Positions 1 through 9,363 of a stretch of 64,000 bases of DNA are shown piece after piece. The stretch covers positions 71,038 through 135,037 of the forward strand of contig NZ_CANNFF010000011.1 of assembly GCF_947503855.1 (NCBI RefSeq), in the 5' to 3' direction. The first letter of the stretch is position 1, and the number at the start of each line of letters is the position of its first letter. The stretch is from an uncultured Polaribacter sp. (GTDB lineage Bacteria > Bacteroidota > Bacteroidia > Flavobacteriales > Flavobacteriaceae). Both the position numbers and the translations under genes were made by a program. Under the pieces are notes generated by a model, which saw nothing but the letters and a program-made list of their open reading frames with translations, was not told the origin of the DNA and made no database searches.

Positions 1-9
1 TAAACTGCT

Positions 10-2199
10 ATGAAAAAATTAATATTATTACTGCTAACCATACCCATAGTTCTTTTTTCTCAACAAAAACAACCAAAAGTAGGTTTGGTGTTAAGTGGTG
101 GTGGTGCAAAAGGTTTTGCGCATATTGGTGTATTAAAAGAGATAGACAAAGCGGGTATACATTTAGATTATATAGGAGGCACAAGTATGGGTGCTGTTAT
201 TGGTGGTTTATATGCTGCGGGTTATTCTGCAAAGCAAATAGAAGAAATTATTTTAAAAACAGATTTTTTAAAAGTTCTAAGAGATGTACTTCCTAGAAAA
301 TCCGCAACTTTTTTTGAAAAAGAATTTGGCGAAAATACTTTTGTTACCTTACCTGTAAATAAAGGTAAAATTGGTTTGCCTAGAGGTGTTTCTAAAGGAC
401 AAAATGTGTTAAATTTATTATTAGAATTATTCGATCCTTTAGATGGAAATCAAGATTTTACAAAGTTACCTACGCCATTTTTTTGTATTGCTACAGATGT
501 AGAAGATGGTTCTTCCGTTATTTTAGAAAAGGGTACTTTACCCATGGCTTTAAGAGCAAGTGCTTCTTTTCCATCACTCTTAAACCCTGTGGAATATAAA
601 GGTAAATTGTTGGTAGATGGTGGTGTTGCCAATAACTTTCCTGTAAGTATTATGAAAGACAAAGGCATAGACATCGTTATTGGTGCAGATGTAGAAGGGA
701 GGTTGTTTGAAAAAGATAAAATTAACTCTGTTGTGGCACTCTTGAACCAAATTATGAGTTATCAAATGTATCAAAATACAGACCAAGAAATAAAAAAACT
801 AGATGTTTATATTCACCCAGATATCTACAAATATTCTGTAGTAGATTTTGATAAAAAAAATGAAATTTTAGAAAAAGGAATTCTAGAAGCTAAAAAATAC
901 TCAAAAGTTTTTGAAGAAATTGCTGCAAAACAAACCGTAAAAATAGCAAGAAAACCGATAGAGATTAATACAAAAAAAATGCTTATTTCTTACATTGGTA
1001 TAGAGGGCATAAAAAATTATACAAGAGCATATGTATTAGGTAAATTAAATATTATAGAAGGAGACAGCCTTTCTAAGCAAGACTTAACAAAAAAAATACA
1101 TTTACTTTCTGCAACTAGAAACTACAATAAAATAGACTACAACTTAATAAAAAGAATAGATGGTAGTTATTTACTTAACTTTAAATTGAAAGAGTCTAAC
1201 GAAACTGCCAACATAAAATTAGGCCTACATTACGATTATTTGTACAAGTCTAGTTTATTGGCAAACTACAATCATAAATGGTTGTTGGGTAAAAACGATT
1301 TGTTTTCTCTAAATTTAATTTTAGGTGATAATTTACGCTATGATTTAAACTATTTTGTAGATAATGGATTTTACTTTAGTTATGGCTTTAGGTCAAGCTA
1401 CAATCATTTTAAATCTCAAGTACCTTTTAAAGAGGCTTCATCACCAGATATAAACAGTATAAGTTTACGATATTCTGATTTAACAAATCAATTTTTTGTG
1501 CAAACTACCTTTAACAGAAAATTTGCTGTAGGATTAAAAACCGAATTAAAAAGAATAAAAGCAGCAACAGATAATATTACAGATTTAGACGATAAAAATA
1601 TATCAGACAATAGTAATTATTTTAACGTTTCAGGTTATTTAAAACTAGATACCTATGATAAAAGCTATTTTGTAACCAAAGGATTTTATGCAGACTTAGC
1701 GTTTAAATATTATTTATGGTCTTCAGATTTTAATAACGATTTCGAAATGTATCCGCAGGCAAAAGGTACCCTTGGTTTTGCAACTTCTTTTACAGACAAT
1801 TTAACCTTACATACTACAAATGAAGCTGGTTTTTCTTTCAAACAAGTAGCTTCTTCTACTTTCGATTTTTTTCTAGGAGGAAACAATCAAAATTACATTA
1901 ATAATTTTGTGTCTCTTTATGGTTATGAGTTTGCAGAATTGTCTGGTGCTTCTTTTCTAAAATCAGAATTTAATTTAAGATACCAGTTTTACCCAAAACA
2001 TTATTTTTCTGTGATTGCCAATTATGCAAGGTTAGAAGACAATGTTTTTAAAGATATAGACTTGTTTAAAAACGTTAAATCTGGCTATGCAATTGGTTAC
2101 AGTTACAATTCTTTTATTGGGCCTATAGAACTTAAATATGCATGGACACCAGACATTAATAAAAGCGTACTTTTATTTAATTTAGGATTTTGGTTCTAA
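10..2199 (+). CDS. Patatin-like phospholipase fused to POTRA/Omp85-type outer-membrane beta-barrel (PlpD / type Vd-like)
   Basis: Signal peptide MKKLILLLLTIPIVLFSQ. Patatin motifs GGGAKG (oxyanion hole), GTSMG (GxSxG nucleophile) and LVDGGV (catalytic Asp). Long beta-rich C-terminal half ending in aromatic GFWF, as in OM barrels. Confidence 0.85.
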   Translation: MKKLILLLLTIPIVLFSQQKQPKVGLVLSGGGAKGFAHIGVLKEIDKAGIHLDYIGGTSMGAVIGGLYAAGYSAKQIEEIILKTDFLKVLRDVLPRKSATFFEKEFGENTFVTLPVNKGKIGLPRGVSKGQNVLNLLLELFDPLDGNQDFTKLPTPFFCIATDVEDGSSVILEKGTLPMALRASASFPSLLNPVEYKGKLLVDGGVANNFPVSIMKDKGIDIVIGADVEGRLFEKDKINSVVALLNQIMSYQMYQNTDQEIKKLDVYIHPDIYKYSVVDFDKKNEILEKGILEAKKYSKVFEEIAAKQTVKIARKPIEINTKKMLISYIGIEGIKNYTRAYVLGKLNIIEGDSLSKQDLTKKIHLLSATRNYNKIDYNLIKRIDGSYLLNFKLKESNETANIKLGLHYDYLYKSSLLANYNHKWLLGKNDLFSLNLILGDNLRYDLNYFVDNGFYFSYGFRSSYNHFKSQVPFKEASSPDINSISLRYSDLTNQFFVQTTFNRKFAVGLKTELKRIKAATDNITDLDDKNISDNSNYFNVSGYLKLDTYDKSYFVTKGFYADLAFKYYLWSSDFNNDFEMYPQAKGTLGFATSFTDNLTLHTTNEAGFSFKQVASSTFDFFLGGNNQNYINNFVSLYGYEFAELSGASFLKSEFNLRYQFYPKHYFSVIANYARLEDNVFKDIDLFKNVKSGYAIGYSYNSFIGPIELKYAWTPDINKSVLLFNLGFWF

Positions 2200-2200
2200 T

Positions 2201-2233
2201 AAAAAAACCAGTAAAATAATTTACTGGCTTTTA
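2201..2233. terminator. Bidirectional intrinsic terminator hairpin between convergent genes
   Basis: CCAGTAAA-ataa-TTTACTGG (2208-2227) with an A-run before and a T-rich tract after. Confidence 0.6.
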
Positions 2234-2253
2234 TAAAGATATATACTAAAGTT

Positions 2254-4500
2254 TTATTGTTTTGTGGTTAAATGAAACTCTTCGTAAGTCTGTAATAAGT
2301 TCATTAAAGCACTCACTAAATCTTTAGTTTCTAATAATACACTAAAATACAAGGTTGTGTTTTTAGGACTTGTTTCATCGGTTCTAATTCTAGAAACTTG
2401 TTTTTCAATAGAAGTGGAAACATTTATTAAAAGTGTATTTTTTTCTATGATTAGTGCGTTCAAGTCGTCTAACTGTCTATTTTCAAATATTTTAGATTCT
2501 TTTTCTAGAAGTTCAGTAAGTTCTTCATCAATCGTTTTTAAGTCTTTTATTTGTCCTTTTTTTAAATTTTTATGGTTGTTGTTTACGTGCTTGTAACTTG
2601 CTCTAGAAATATAACTTATAGACTGTGCAGCATCTTGTAAATAACCCAATACCATAATATAAAACCTACTTGCTTGTACAGAGGTTTCGTCTAAAGATTT
2701 TATAAAATAGAACACACCATCTTTTAAATCATCAATTTCATCATTTAACTTTTTAACGTGTTTTTCTGTTTTGCGTAGTTTATTTAAATCGTGATTTGCT
2801 AGATCGTTAACAACGTGCGTATACAATTTACTTACACGATAAATTACTTGAGAGATATGGTCTGCACTTTCTTCTATAACACCATTTATAGTAATTAACT
2901 CGGCTCTTTCTAAATATGTTTTCTTTTTAACTTCTTTTGATTTTTTTCTGTGTTTTAAAGTGTTTCTACCAATTAAAACTGCAACTAAAATTAATAATGC
3001 AGGTATAGCAGCAATATGCAAACTAATTAAATAAGCTATAATACCAGCAGCAGTAAAAGCAATAATAGCTGTTAAAAACCAGCCACCAATTACGTTTAAC
3101 ACACCAGCAACTCTATATACTGCACTTTCACGACCCCAAGCTCTATCTGCTAAAGAAGTACCCATAGCCACCATAAAAGTAACATAGGTTGTAGAAAGTG
3201 GTAGTTTCATAGAAGTTGCAATAGAAATTAAAACACTTGCCATTATTAAGTTTACAGAAGCTCTAACCAAATCAAAAGCGGGCATTTCATAAGTTTTGTC
3301 TTTTGGTAATTTTAAAACAGGTTTTTCAAACTTAGTATTTATATAATTCTGCGTTTTTTTTGGAATTAAAAAAGTAATTCCTTGATTTAAAAACATAGAA
3401 ACTCTTACAACAACTCTAGAAATATTATTGGGTTGAAATTTTTCATGCCCTTCTCCTTGTCTAGAAAGATTAATACCAGTTTCTATGACAGATTTTGCTT
3501 TAGAAGATGTCCATAAAGTAACTACCATAATTGCACCTGCTAAAAGTAACAGCCAAATGTTAGAAGGTACTTTTTTAGCCAAACTACCCATAGAAAATAG
3601 CACTGGTTCAACTCCAGAAATACTCCAAGCTTCGTAAGAATTTAAAGCAGCAATAGGCACCCCAATAAAGTTAACCAAATCGTTACCAGCAAAAGCCATG
3701 GCTAAAGAAAACGTACCTACACCAATTATTAAAACTAAAATATTTACTTTTAAAAAACGGATAATTAGGTAGCACAAAGCGGTCCAAATTAAAAAGCTAA
3801 TACCAATAATTTGTGCAGTATTGCCCTCTAAAAGGCTTGCTATATTTCCGTAAAAATCAGTTCCTTTTAAACCTTTAATAATAATAAAGTAAGTGATAGA
3901 GGTTATTGCAAAACCACCAAAAAGAGCGTTAATATAAGTAGCTCTATTTTCAAAATTAAAAGAATAAATTAATCTAGAAAAGTATTGTACAATAGCACCA
4001 ACTGTAAAAGCAACTACTACAGAGAGTAGTATGCCTAAAATAATGTCTGTGGCAGTTTCGTAATTAATATAGTTCCATATAGCAGAAAGGCTTTCTGCAT
4101 CGTTATTAGTAATTTTAATTAATGCAATTACAACTGCAGAACCTAACAATTCAAAAACAATAGAAACTGTGGTAGAGGTTGGCATTCCTAAAGAGTTAAA
4201 AATATCTAACAATAAAATATCAGTAATCATAACTGCCATAAAAATGAACATTACATCTTGAAACACAAACATACTTGGGTTAAAAATTCCTTTACGTGCA
4301 ACTTCCATCATACCACTAGAAGTAACTGCGCCAAAAAACACGCCAACACTGGCAATAATCATGATGTTTTTTACAGAAATTGCTTTAGAACCAATGGCTG
4401 AGTTTAAAAAGTTAACAGCATCATTACTAACACCAACAACTAAATCTACAATGGCTAAAACAGCTAATGCAATTAGCATTAAAATATATGGATCTCCCAT
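2254..4500 (-). CDS. PiT-family inorganic phosphate transporter with C-terminal PhoU-like cytoplasmic domain
   Basis: N-terminus GVSNDAVNFLNSAIGSKA and a later GNDLVNFIGVPIA repeat are PHO4/PiT signatures. Many TM segments. The last ~220 aa are a helical, charged, non-membrane region resembling PhoU-type repeats. Confidence 0.8.
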   Translation of the reverse strand: MGDPYILMLIALAVLAIVDLVVGVSNDAVNFLNSAIGSKAISVKNIMIIASVGVFFGAVTSSGMMEVARKGIFNPSMFVFQDVMFIFMAVMITDILLLDIFNSLGMPTSTTVSIVFELLGSAVVIALIKITNNDAESLSAIWNYINYETATDIILGILLSVVVAFTVGAIVQYFSRLIYSFNFENRATYINALFGGFAITSITYFIIIKGLKGTDFYGNIASLLEGNTAQIIGISFLIWTALCYLIIRFLKVNILVLIIGVGTFSLAMAFAGNDLVNFIGVPIAALNSYEAWSISGVEPVLFSMGSLAKKVPSNIWLLLLAGAIMVVTLWTSSKAKSVIETGINLSRQGEGHEKFQPNNISRVVVRVSMFLNQGITFLIPKKTQNYINTKFEKPVLKLPKDKTYEMPAFDLVRASVNLIMASVLISIATSMKLPLSTTYVTFMVAMGTSLADRAWGRESAVYRVAGVLNVIGGWFLTAIIAFTAAGIIAYLISLHIAAIPALLILVAVLIGRNTLKHRKKSKEVKKKTYLERAELITINGVIEESADHISQVIYRVSKLYTHVVNDLANHDLNKLRKTEKHVKKLNDEIDDLKDGVFYFIKSLDETSVQASRFYIMVLGYLQDAAQSISYISRASYKHVNNNHKNLKKGQIKDLKTIDEELTELLEKESKIFENRQLDDLNALIIEKNTLLINVSTSIEKQVSRIRTDETSPKNTTLYFSVLLETKDLVSALMNLLQTYEEFHLTTKQ

Positions 4501-4560
4501 TTTTATTAAAAATTTTTAATCAGGCAAATTTAAAGACTCAAAAGATGCATAATGTTATCT

Positions 4561-4715
4561 TAACGTTATAATATGCACTATATATCTTTTAGCAAACATA
4601 TCAAAAATAAATCTTATAACTTTTAAAGAATGTAAATCTTTTCTTAACATTAAAACACGCCTTCATAACATTAACTTAACAACCTAATAACTAAAGCATA
4701 ATTTACAACTAACAT
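4561..4715. promoter_or_regulatory. Array of TAAC-core hexamers with ~10.5-11 bp phasing in the divergent PiT / TonB-receptor control region (candidate response-regulator sites)
   Basis: TAAC starts at 4561, 4617, 4645, 4666, 4672, 4677, 4688 and 4710. TAACAT/TAACAA/TAACTA at 4645, 4666, 4677, 4688 and 4710 are spaced 21, 11, 11 and 22 bp. TAACGTTA palindrome at 4561. Confidence 0.3.
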
Positions 4716-4764
4716 AGACTTTACAAAGCTAATAGACTTTTGCACCAGTAAATAAAACATAAAA

Positions 4765-7473
4765 ATGAAGAAAATTCTATTTATTGCTTTAATAGCATTA
4801 AGTCAAGTTTTAACAGCGCAAAACAAGGGTACTTTAAAAGGTTTATTAACAGATAAAGAAACCAATAATGAGCCATTACCTTTTGCAAACGTAGTAATTA
4901 AAGGGACTACAATTGGCGCTACTACAGATTTTGATGGTAACTATTCTATTAAAGTACCAGCAGGTACACATGTAGTACAATTTAGTTTTTTAGGGTATAA
5001 AACCATAGAAAAAACGTTTACCATAAAAGCAGATGAAACAATTGTAATTAATCAATTAATGTCTGCATCAGAAGGTGTTTCTTTAGATGAGATTGTTGTA
5101 AAATCTTCTACAAGTAAAGAAAAAACAAGTGCTTTAATTTTAGAGCAAAAGAAAGCAGTTTCAATTAAAACAAGTATAGGAGCTCAAGAATTATCTGTAA
5201 AAGGTGTTTCTGATGCTGAGGGTGCTGTTACAAAGACAGCAGGTGTTTCTAAAGGTTCTAAAAATATCGTAGTTAGAGGTTTAGGAGATAGATACAACTC
5301 TACAACGTTAAATGGTTTACCATTACCTTCTGATGACCCTGAATACAAAAATATTTCTTTAGATTTTTTTGATACAAGTATCATTAAAAACATAGGTATT
5401 AACAAGGTGTTTACTTCTGAAATTGCTGGTGATGTTGGTGGTGCAAATGTAGATATTGTATCAAAAGAATTAATTAAAAAAAGTTTATTAAATGTTGGTG
5501 TTTCTGCAGGTATAAATACACAATCAGTATCAAAAGAATTTTTAACAATTGATGGTACCAACAGGTTTGGAACTCAAAATTTATCTATACCAGTAAATGA
5601 TTTAGGAAACTATTCTTTTGGAAATTCTTTCAAGCCAAACAGTCAAAACTTTCAAATGAATAATAGCTTCTCTTTTGCTGGAGGAAAAAAGTATGACATT
5701 AAAGATGATAGTTTTAGCTTTTTTGTTGTTGGTGCTTTTGATGCCGGTTATAACTTCTTAGAAGGTAATATTAAACAAACTACAAGTGCAGGAGCTATTT
5801 TTCAGGATCAAGATTTTTCTAAATACGAATACAATGTTTCTCAAGTAGTAATGGCAAACTTAAAATATAAGTTTGATGCCGGTCATAGCATTGCCTACAA
5901 CCACTTATTTATTCATAACAATAAACAATCTATTGGAGATTATTTTGGAGGAGTAAATCCAGAACAAGATGGCGATTTGGAGTTTCAAAGAAGACAACAA
6001 ACAAATAATAATGAGGTCTATGTAAACCAGTTTTTAGCAAACTACAAATTTTCTGATAGATTCAATTTTGAAGCAAAGGGTTCTTTAAACTTTATTAGAG
6101 GAAATGAGCCAGATAGAAGAACAAATAAATATTTATTAAGAGACGGTTTTTATAGTCCACAAACTAGTTCTGCAGGAGAAAATGAACGTTTCTATTCTAA
6201 ATTAGAAGAGAATGATTATGCTGCTAAAGGAAAATTTAGTTATAAATTAAAAGACGATGAAGAAGATATTAGTGTTTTAGAATTTGGTGGAGATTACAGA
6301 TATACAGAACGTTTATTTTCTGCAACAATTTTTAATCATGATTTTTCTACAAGGGTAGCAATAGATATCGAAAATCCAGATGCTGTTTTTAACCAATCTT
6401 CTATTGATAATAATATTTTCGAATTAGAAACTGGTAGAGGTAATGGAAGTAATCCAAATGCTTTTGTACCTTTTACATATAGAGGTAAAAGACAAATATT
6501 TGGTGCTTTTGGTAATGCCGTTTATCAGATAAGTGATAATTTAATAGCTTCAGCTGGATTAAGATTTGAGAAAATTCAACAAAGAGTTACTTTTAATACA
6601 AACATTGCACAATCTTCTGTAGAAGGACCCTCTTTTTTAGATAGAATTTATGTTTTACCAAGTTTTAATATAAAGTATAACTTTAATGAAAATAGTATTT
6701 TTAGATTAGCAGGTAGTCAGACCTATACATTCCCTCAGTTTAAAGAAACAGCACCTTTTAAATATCAAGATGTTACTTTTTCAAGTCAGGGTAATGCTAA
6801 TTTAAAACCCTCTGATACTTATAATTTAGATGCTAAATACGAGTATTATTTCTCATCATCAGAATTAATTACATTTACAGGATTTTATAAATTTATAAAA
6901 GACCCAATTTCTAGAAGTGAAATACCATCTGGAGGTAATACACTTACTTATTTGAATGTTGGTAATGATGCTAGTGTGTATGGTATTGAACTAGAGGCAA
7001 GAAGAAAAGTTGTTGAAAAAGAAGAACAAGATTTAGAAGTTTTTGCAGGTTTAAATACATCTTTCTTAGTATCAAATGTAAATTTAGATAGTGGTTCTGT
7101 AGCTCAATTTACAAACGCAACAAGTGATTTAGAAGGTGCTACACCTTTCTTATTAAATGCAGATATTTCTTTAAATAAAAAAATTAACGATAACACTTTA
7201 ATTTCTTCCTTAGTATTTAATTATTTCAGTGAAAGAGTTTACTCTGTAGGAACAAGAGGGTTTGAAAATGTATTAGAAAAAGGAATTCCAACTTTAGATT
7301 TAGTTTCCTCTTATCAATTTAATAAAAATTATAGTGTAAAACTAAAAGCAACAAATTTATTAAATCCTGATTTCCAATTAACAAGAGCAGGTTTTAATGG
7401 AGGAGATAATGTTGTGTTAAGAAATTATAAAAAAGGTGTTAACCTTAGTTTAGGGTTTACGTATAATTTCTAA
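4765..7473 (+). CDS. TonB-dependent receptor with N-terminal carboxypeptidase-regulatory-like domain
   Basis: Signal peptide. DFDGNYSIKVPAGTHVVQFSFLGYK (CarbopepD_reg-like). Plug motif VVRGLGDRYNSTTLNGLPLPS. Long beta-barrel ending GFTYNF. Confidence 0.9.
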   Translation: MKKILFIALIALSQVLTAQNKGTLKGLLTDKETNNEPLPFANVVIKGTTIGATTDFDGNYSIKVPAGTHVVQFSFLGYKTIEKTFTIKADETIVINQLMSASEGVSLDEIVVKSSTSKEKTSALILEQKKAVSIKTSIGAQELSVKGVSDAEGAVTKTAGVSKGSKNIVVRGLGDRYNSTTLNGLPLPSDDPEYKNISLDFFDTSIIKNIGINKVFTSEIAGDVGGANVDIVSKELIKKSLLNVGVSAGINTQSVSKEFLTIDGTNRFGTQNLSIPVNDLGNYSFGNSFKPNSQNFQMNNSFSFAGGKKYDIKDDSFSFFVVGAFDAGYNFLEGNIKQTTSAGAIFQDQDFSKYEYNVSQVVMANLKYKFDAGHSIAYNHLFIHNNKQSIGDYFGGVNPEQDGDLEFQRRQQTNNNEVYVNQFLANYKFSDRFNFEAKGSLNFIRGNEPDRRTNKYLLRDGFYSPQTSSAGENERFYSKLEENDYAAKGKFSYKLKDDEEDISVLEFGGDYRYTERLFSATIFNHDFSTRVAIDIENPDAVFNQSSIDNNIFELETGRGNGSNPNAFVPFTYRGKRQIFGAFGNAVYQISDNLIASAGLRFEKIQQRVTFNTNIAQSSVEGPSFLDRIYVLPSFNIKYNFNENSIFRLAGSQTYTFPQFKETAPFKYQDVTFSSQGNANLKPSDTYNLDAKYEYYFSSSELITFTGFYKFIKDPISRSEIPSGGNTLTYLNVGNDASVYGIELEARRKVVEKEEQDLEVFAGLNTSFLVSNVNLDSGSVAQFTNATSDLEGATPFLLNADISLNKKINDNTLISSLVFNYFSERVYSVGTRGFENVLEKGIPTLDLVSSYQFNKNYSVKLKATNLLNPDFQLTRAGFNGGDNVVLRNYKKGVNLSLGFTYNF

Positions 7474-7586
7474 TAAAGTAACAAAAACCATAACAATTCT
7501 TTAAGATTTAGATAAAGTAAAAAAAACAGTATAAAATTAGCTTTGTTACAGATAATAACAATAAAATCTAATCAAATTTAAAAAAA

Positions 7587-8762
7587 ATGAAAAAAACAAT
7601 TTTAACAATCGTAGCCATTTCTGCTTTAATATTTACAGGATGTTCTTTAAGTGATGATGATAACATTGGAACTGGAAATAATGGTGGACAAGTTACTTCT
7701 CAAAATTTAGCTGGTAACTTAACAACAGATTTAACGTTAAGATCTGGAGTTGCACATAACTTAATTGGTACATTATTAGTGAAATCTGGATCAACATTAA
7801 CTATAGAAGCTGGTACAACTATAAATGCTTTAGCAGGTGGTACAGATGTTTATATTCTAGTAGAAAGAGGAGGTAAAATTATTGCTGATGGTACTGCAGA
7901 TAACCCAATAAAATTTACATCTAACGCAACTGTTCCTAAACCTGGAGATTGGGGTGGAATTATCATTAACGGTAATGCACCTTTAAGTCGTCAATCTGGT
8001 ACAGATAGTAATGCTGCAACAGAAGTAAACAATGGTATTTTCTTTGGAGGCTCTAATTCTGCTGATGATTCAGGGATTTTAGACTATGTAATTATAGAAT
8101 ATTCTGGAGCAAGAATTGATGATGAAGCAGAACATAATGGTTTAACTTTAAATGGAGTAGGCACAGGAACAACAATTTCTAACATCGCTATTTTTTATGG
8201 TGATGATGATGCAATTGAGTTTTTTGGTGGAACTGTAAATACTGAAAACATATTAGTAGTAAATGCTAAAGATGATATGTTCGATTTTTCTCAAGGTTAT
8301 GCAGGTACTTGTACAAACTTATATGGTGTAAGAGAGAATGGTTATACAGCCGTAACTTCTGACCCAAGAGGTATTGAAGCAGATGGTAATTTAGATGGTA
8401 ATTCACCTTCTGATATTAACGAATCTAACTTTACAGTTAATGGTGTAACTATTATTAATAATGCAGATGGTGTAGAAATGTCTGATGGTATCAAAGTAAG
8501 AAGAGATGCTACTGCAACAATTACAAATGCATATTTAGCATTAGGTGCTGGAGCTATTTTTGGTGATGTGATCGATTTACAAGATAGTAAAACAGATTCA
8601 ACTGATGCTACTTCAGTAACAGCTGTTGCTAATACTGCTAACGGTTTAGATATTACAGATGTTAAAAATACAACATCTGGTGGAGCTACAATAAATCTTT
8701 CTGCAGGAACAACTGGTGGTGCAGATGCTACTGTATTCGCTTGGACAGGTTACCAGTTTTAA
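7587..8762 (+). CDS. TBDR-associated surface lipoprotein of unknown function (repetitive, Gly/Asp-rich, possibly beta-helix-like)
   Basis: Lipobox IFTGC at residue 19. Lies 113 bp downstream of the TBDR on the same strand. Motifs PGDWGGIIINGNA, DDAIEFFGGTV and DDMFDFSQG. No SusD-like features. Confidence 0.7.
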   Translation: MKKTILTIVAISALIFTGCSLSDDDNIGTGNNGGQVTSQNLAGNLTTDLTLRSGVAHNLIGTLLVKSGSTLTIEAGTTINALAGGTDVYILVERGGKIIADGTADNPIKFTSNATVPKPGDWGGIIINGNAPLSRQSGTDSNAATEVNNGIFFGGSNSADDSGILDYVIIEYSGARIDDEAEHNGLTLNGVGTGTTISNIAIFYGDDDAIEFFGGTVNTENILVVNAKDDMFDFSQGYAGTCTNLYGVRENGYTAVTSDPRGIEADGNLDGNSPSDINESNFTVNGVTIINNADGVEMSDGIKVRRDATATITNAYLALGAGAIFGDVIDLQDSKTDSTDATSVTAVANTANGLDITDVKNTTSGGATINLSAGTTGGADATVFAWTGYQF

Positions 8763-8780
8763 GAATTAAATTTAATTAAA

Positions 8781-8807
8781 AAAGCAGGCTTTAAGCCTGC
8801 TTTTTTT
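8781..8807. terminator. Bidirectional intrinsic terminator
   Basis: AGCAGGCT-tta-AGCCTGCT followed by TTTTTTT; A-run upstream. Confidence 0.7.
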
Positions 8808-8822
8808 GTTTTTAATAAAAAA

Positions 8823-9272
8823 TTATTTTGTGCCTTCTGTAGCGCAACAAGCCATTTTACAGTCTTCTTTACATTCTTTTTTAGAAGCCATTTTGTTTTC
8901 GCAATCTTTTTTACAATCTTCAGTACAAGCATGAGCTGTTTTAGTTGAAGTAGAAGTTACTTTAGAACTTTCTAAAGCTTTATACATATCTCCACCTGCA
9001 ATACCCTCTACAAATGCAATTAAATCCTTTTTAGAGGTTGTATTAGCATCAAACTCAATATTTGCAATACTATCTGTAAAAATAACTTTAGCGTCTAAAA
9101 CACCTTCTTTTTTAGATAATTTAGATTGAATGGTTTTTGCACAACCAATTTCACAAGTCATACCAGAAATAGCAAGAGCTATACTTTCTTTTTTAACTGT
9201 TTTGTTTTCTTTGCAAGCTGTTATTACAAACAAGGCAATTGCAAAAGCGTAAAATATTTTTTTTGACATCAT
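8823..9272 (-). CDS. Heavy-metal-associated (HMA) domain lipoprotein with Cys-rich C-terminal tail
   Basis: Lipobox VITAC. HMA-like GMTCEIGCAKTIQSKL (C-x3-C variant). The last 34 aa contain 7 Cys as two C-x3-C-x3-C triads. Confidence 0.75.
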   Translation of the reverse strand: MMSKKIFYAFAIALFVITACKENKTVKKESIALAISGMTCEIGCAKTIQSKLSKKEGVLDAKVIFTDSIANIEFDANTTSKKDLIAFVEGIAGGDMYKALESSKVTSTSTKTAHACTEDCKKDCENKMASKKECKEDCKMACCATEGTK

Positions 9273-9363
9273 AATATTTAGTGATTAAATTATATTGCAA
9301 ATTTATTAATAATCGCCTTTATATTTCAATAATTGTAACATTTTTGCAGTTATAATAAAAATC

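Noticed and set aside
450-786. Two 68-74-aa reverse-strand ORFs inside the patatin gene. This stands for all short antisense track ORFs such as 2357-2596, 5184-5561, 12188-12421, 17561-17782, 20446-20890, 21320-21532, 23014-23223, 25154-25897, 28639-28914, 31245-31475, 38937-39200, 40758-40952, 42081-42368, 43197-43553, 43969-44349, 45636-45857, 47916-48140, 54159-54662, 55426-55644, 56453-57059, 57384-57599, 60870-61070 and 62295-62531.
   Set aside because: Each lies wholly within a longer ORF on the opposite strand that has clear family motifs. They have low-complexity or odd composition and no recognisable motifs. They are typical shadow ORFs of AT-rich DNA.
10-2199. Patatin phospholipase as a CBASS-type or other anti-phage effector.
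   Set aside because: It carries a signal peptide and an Omp85 barrel. It has no cyclase, sensor or other defence partners nearby, and its neighbours are housekeeping genes.
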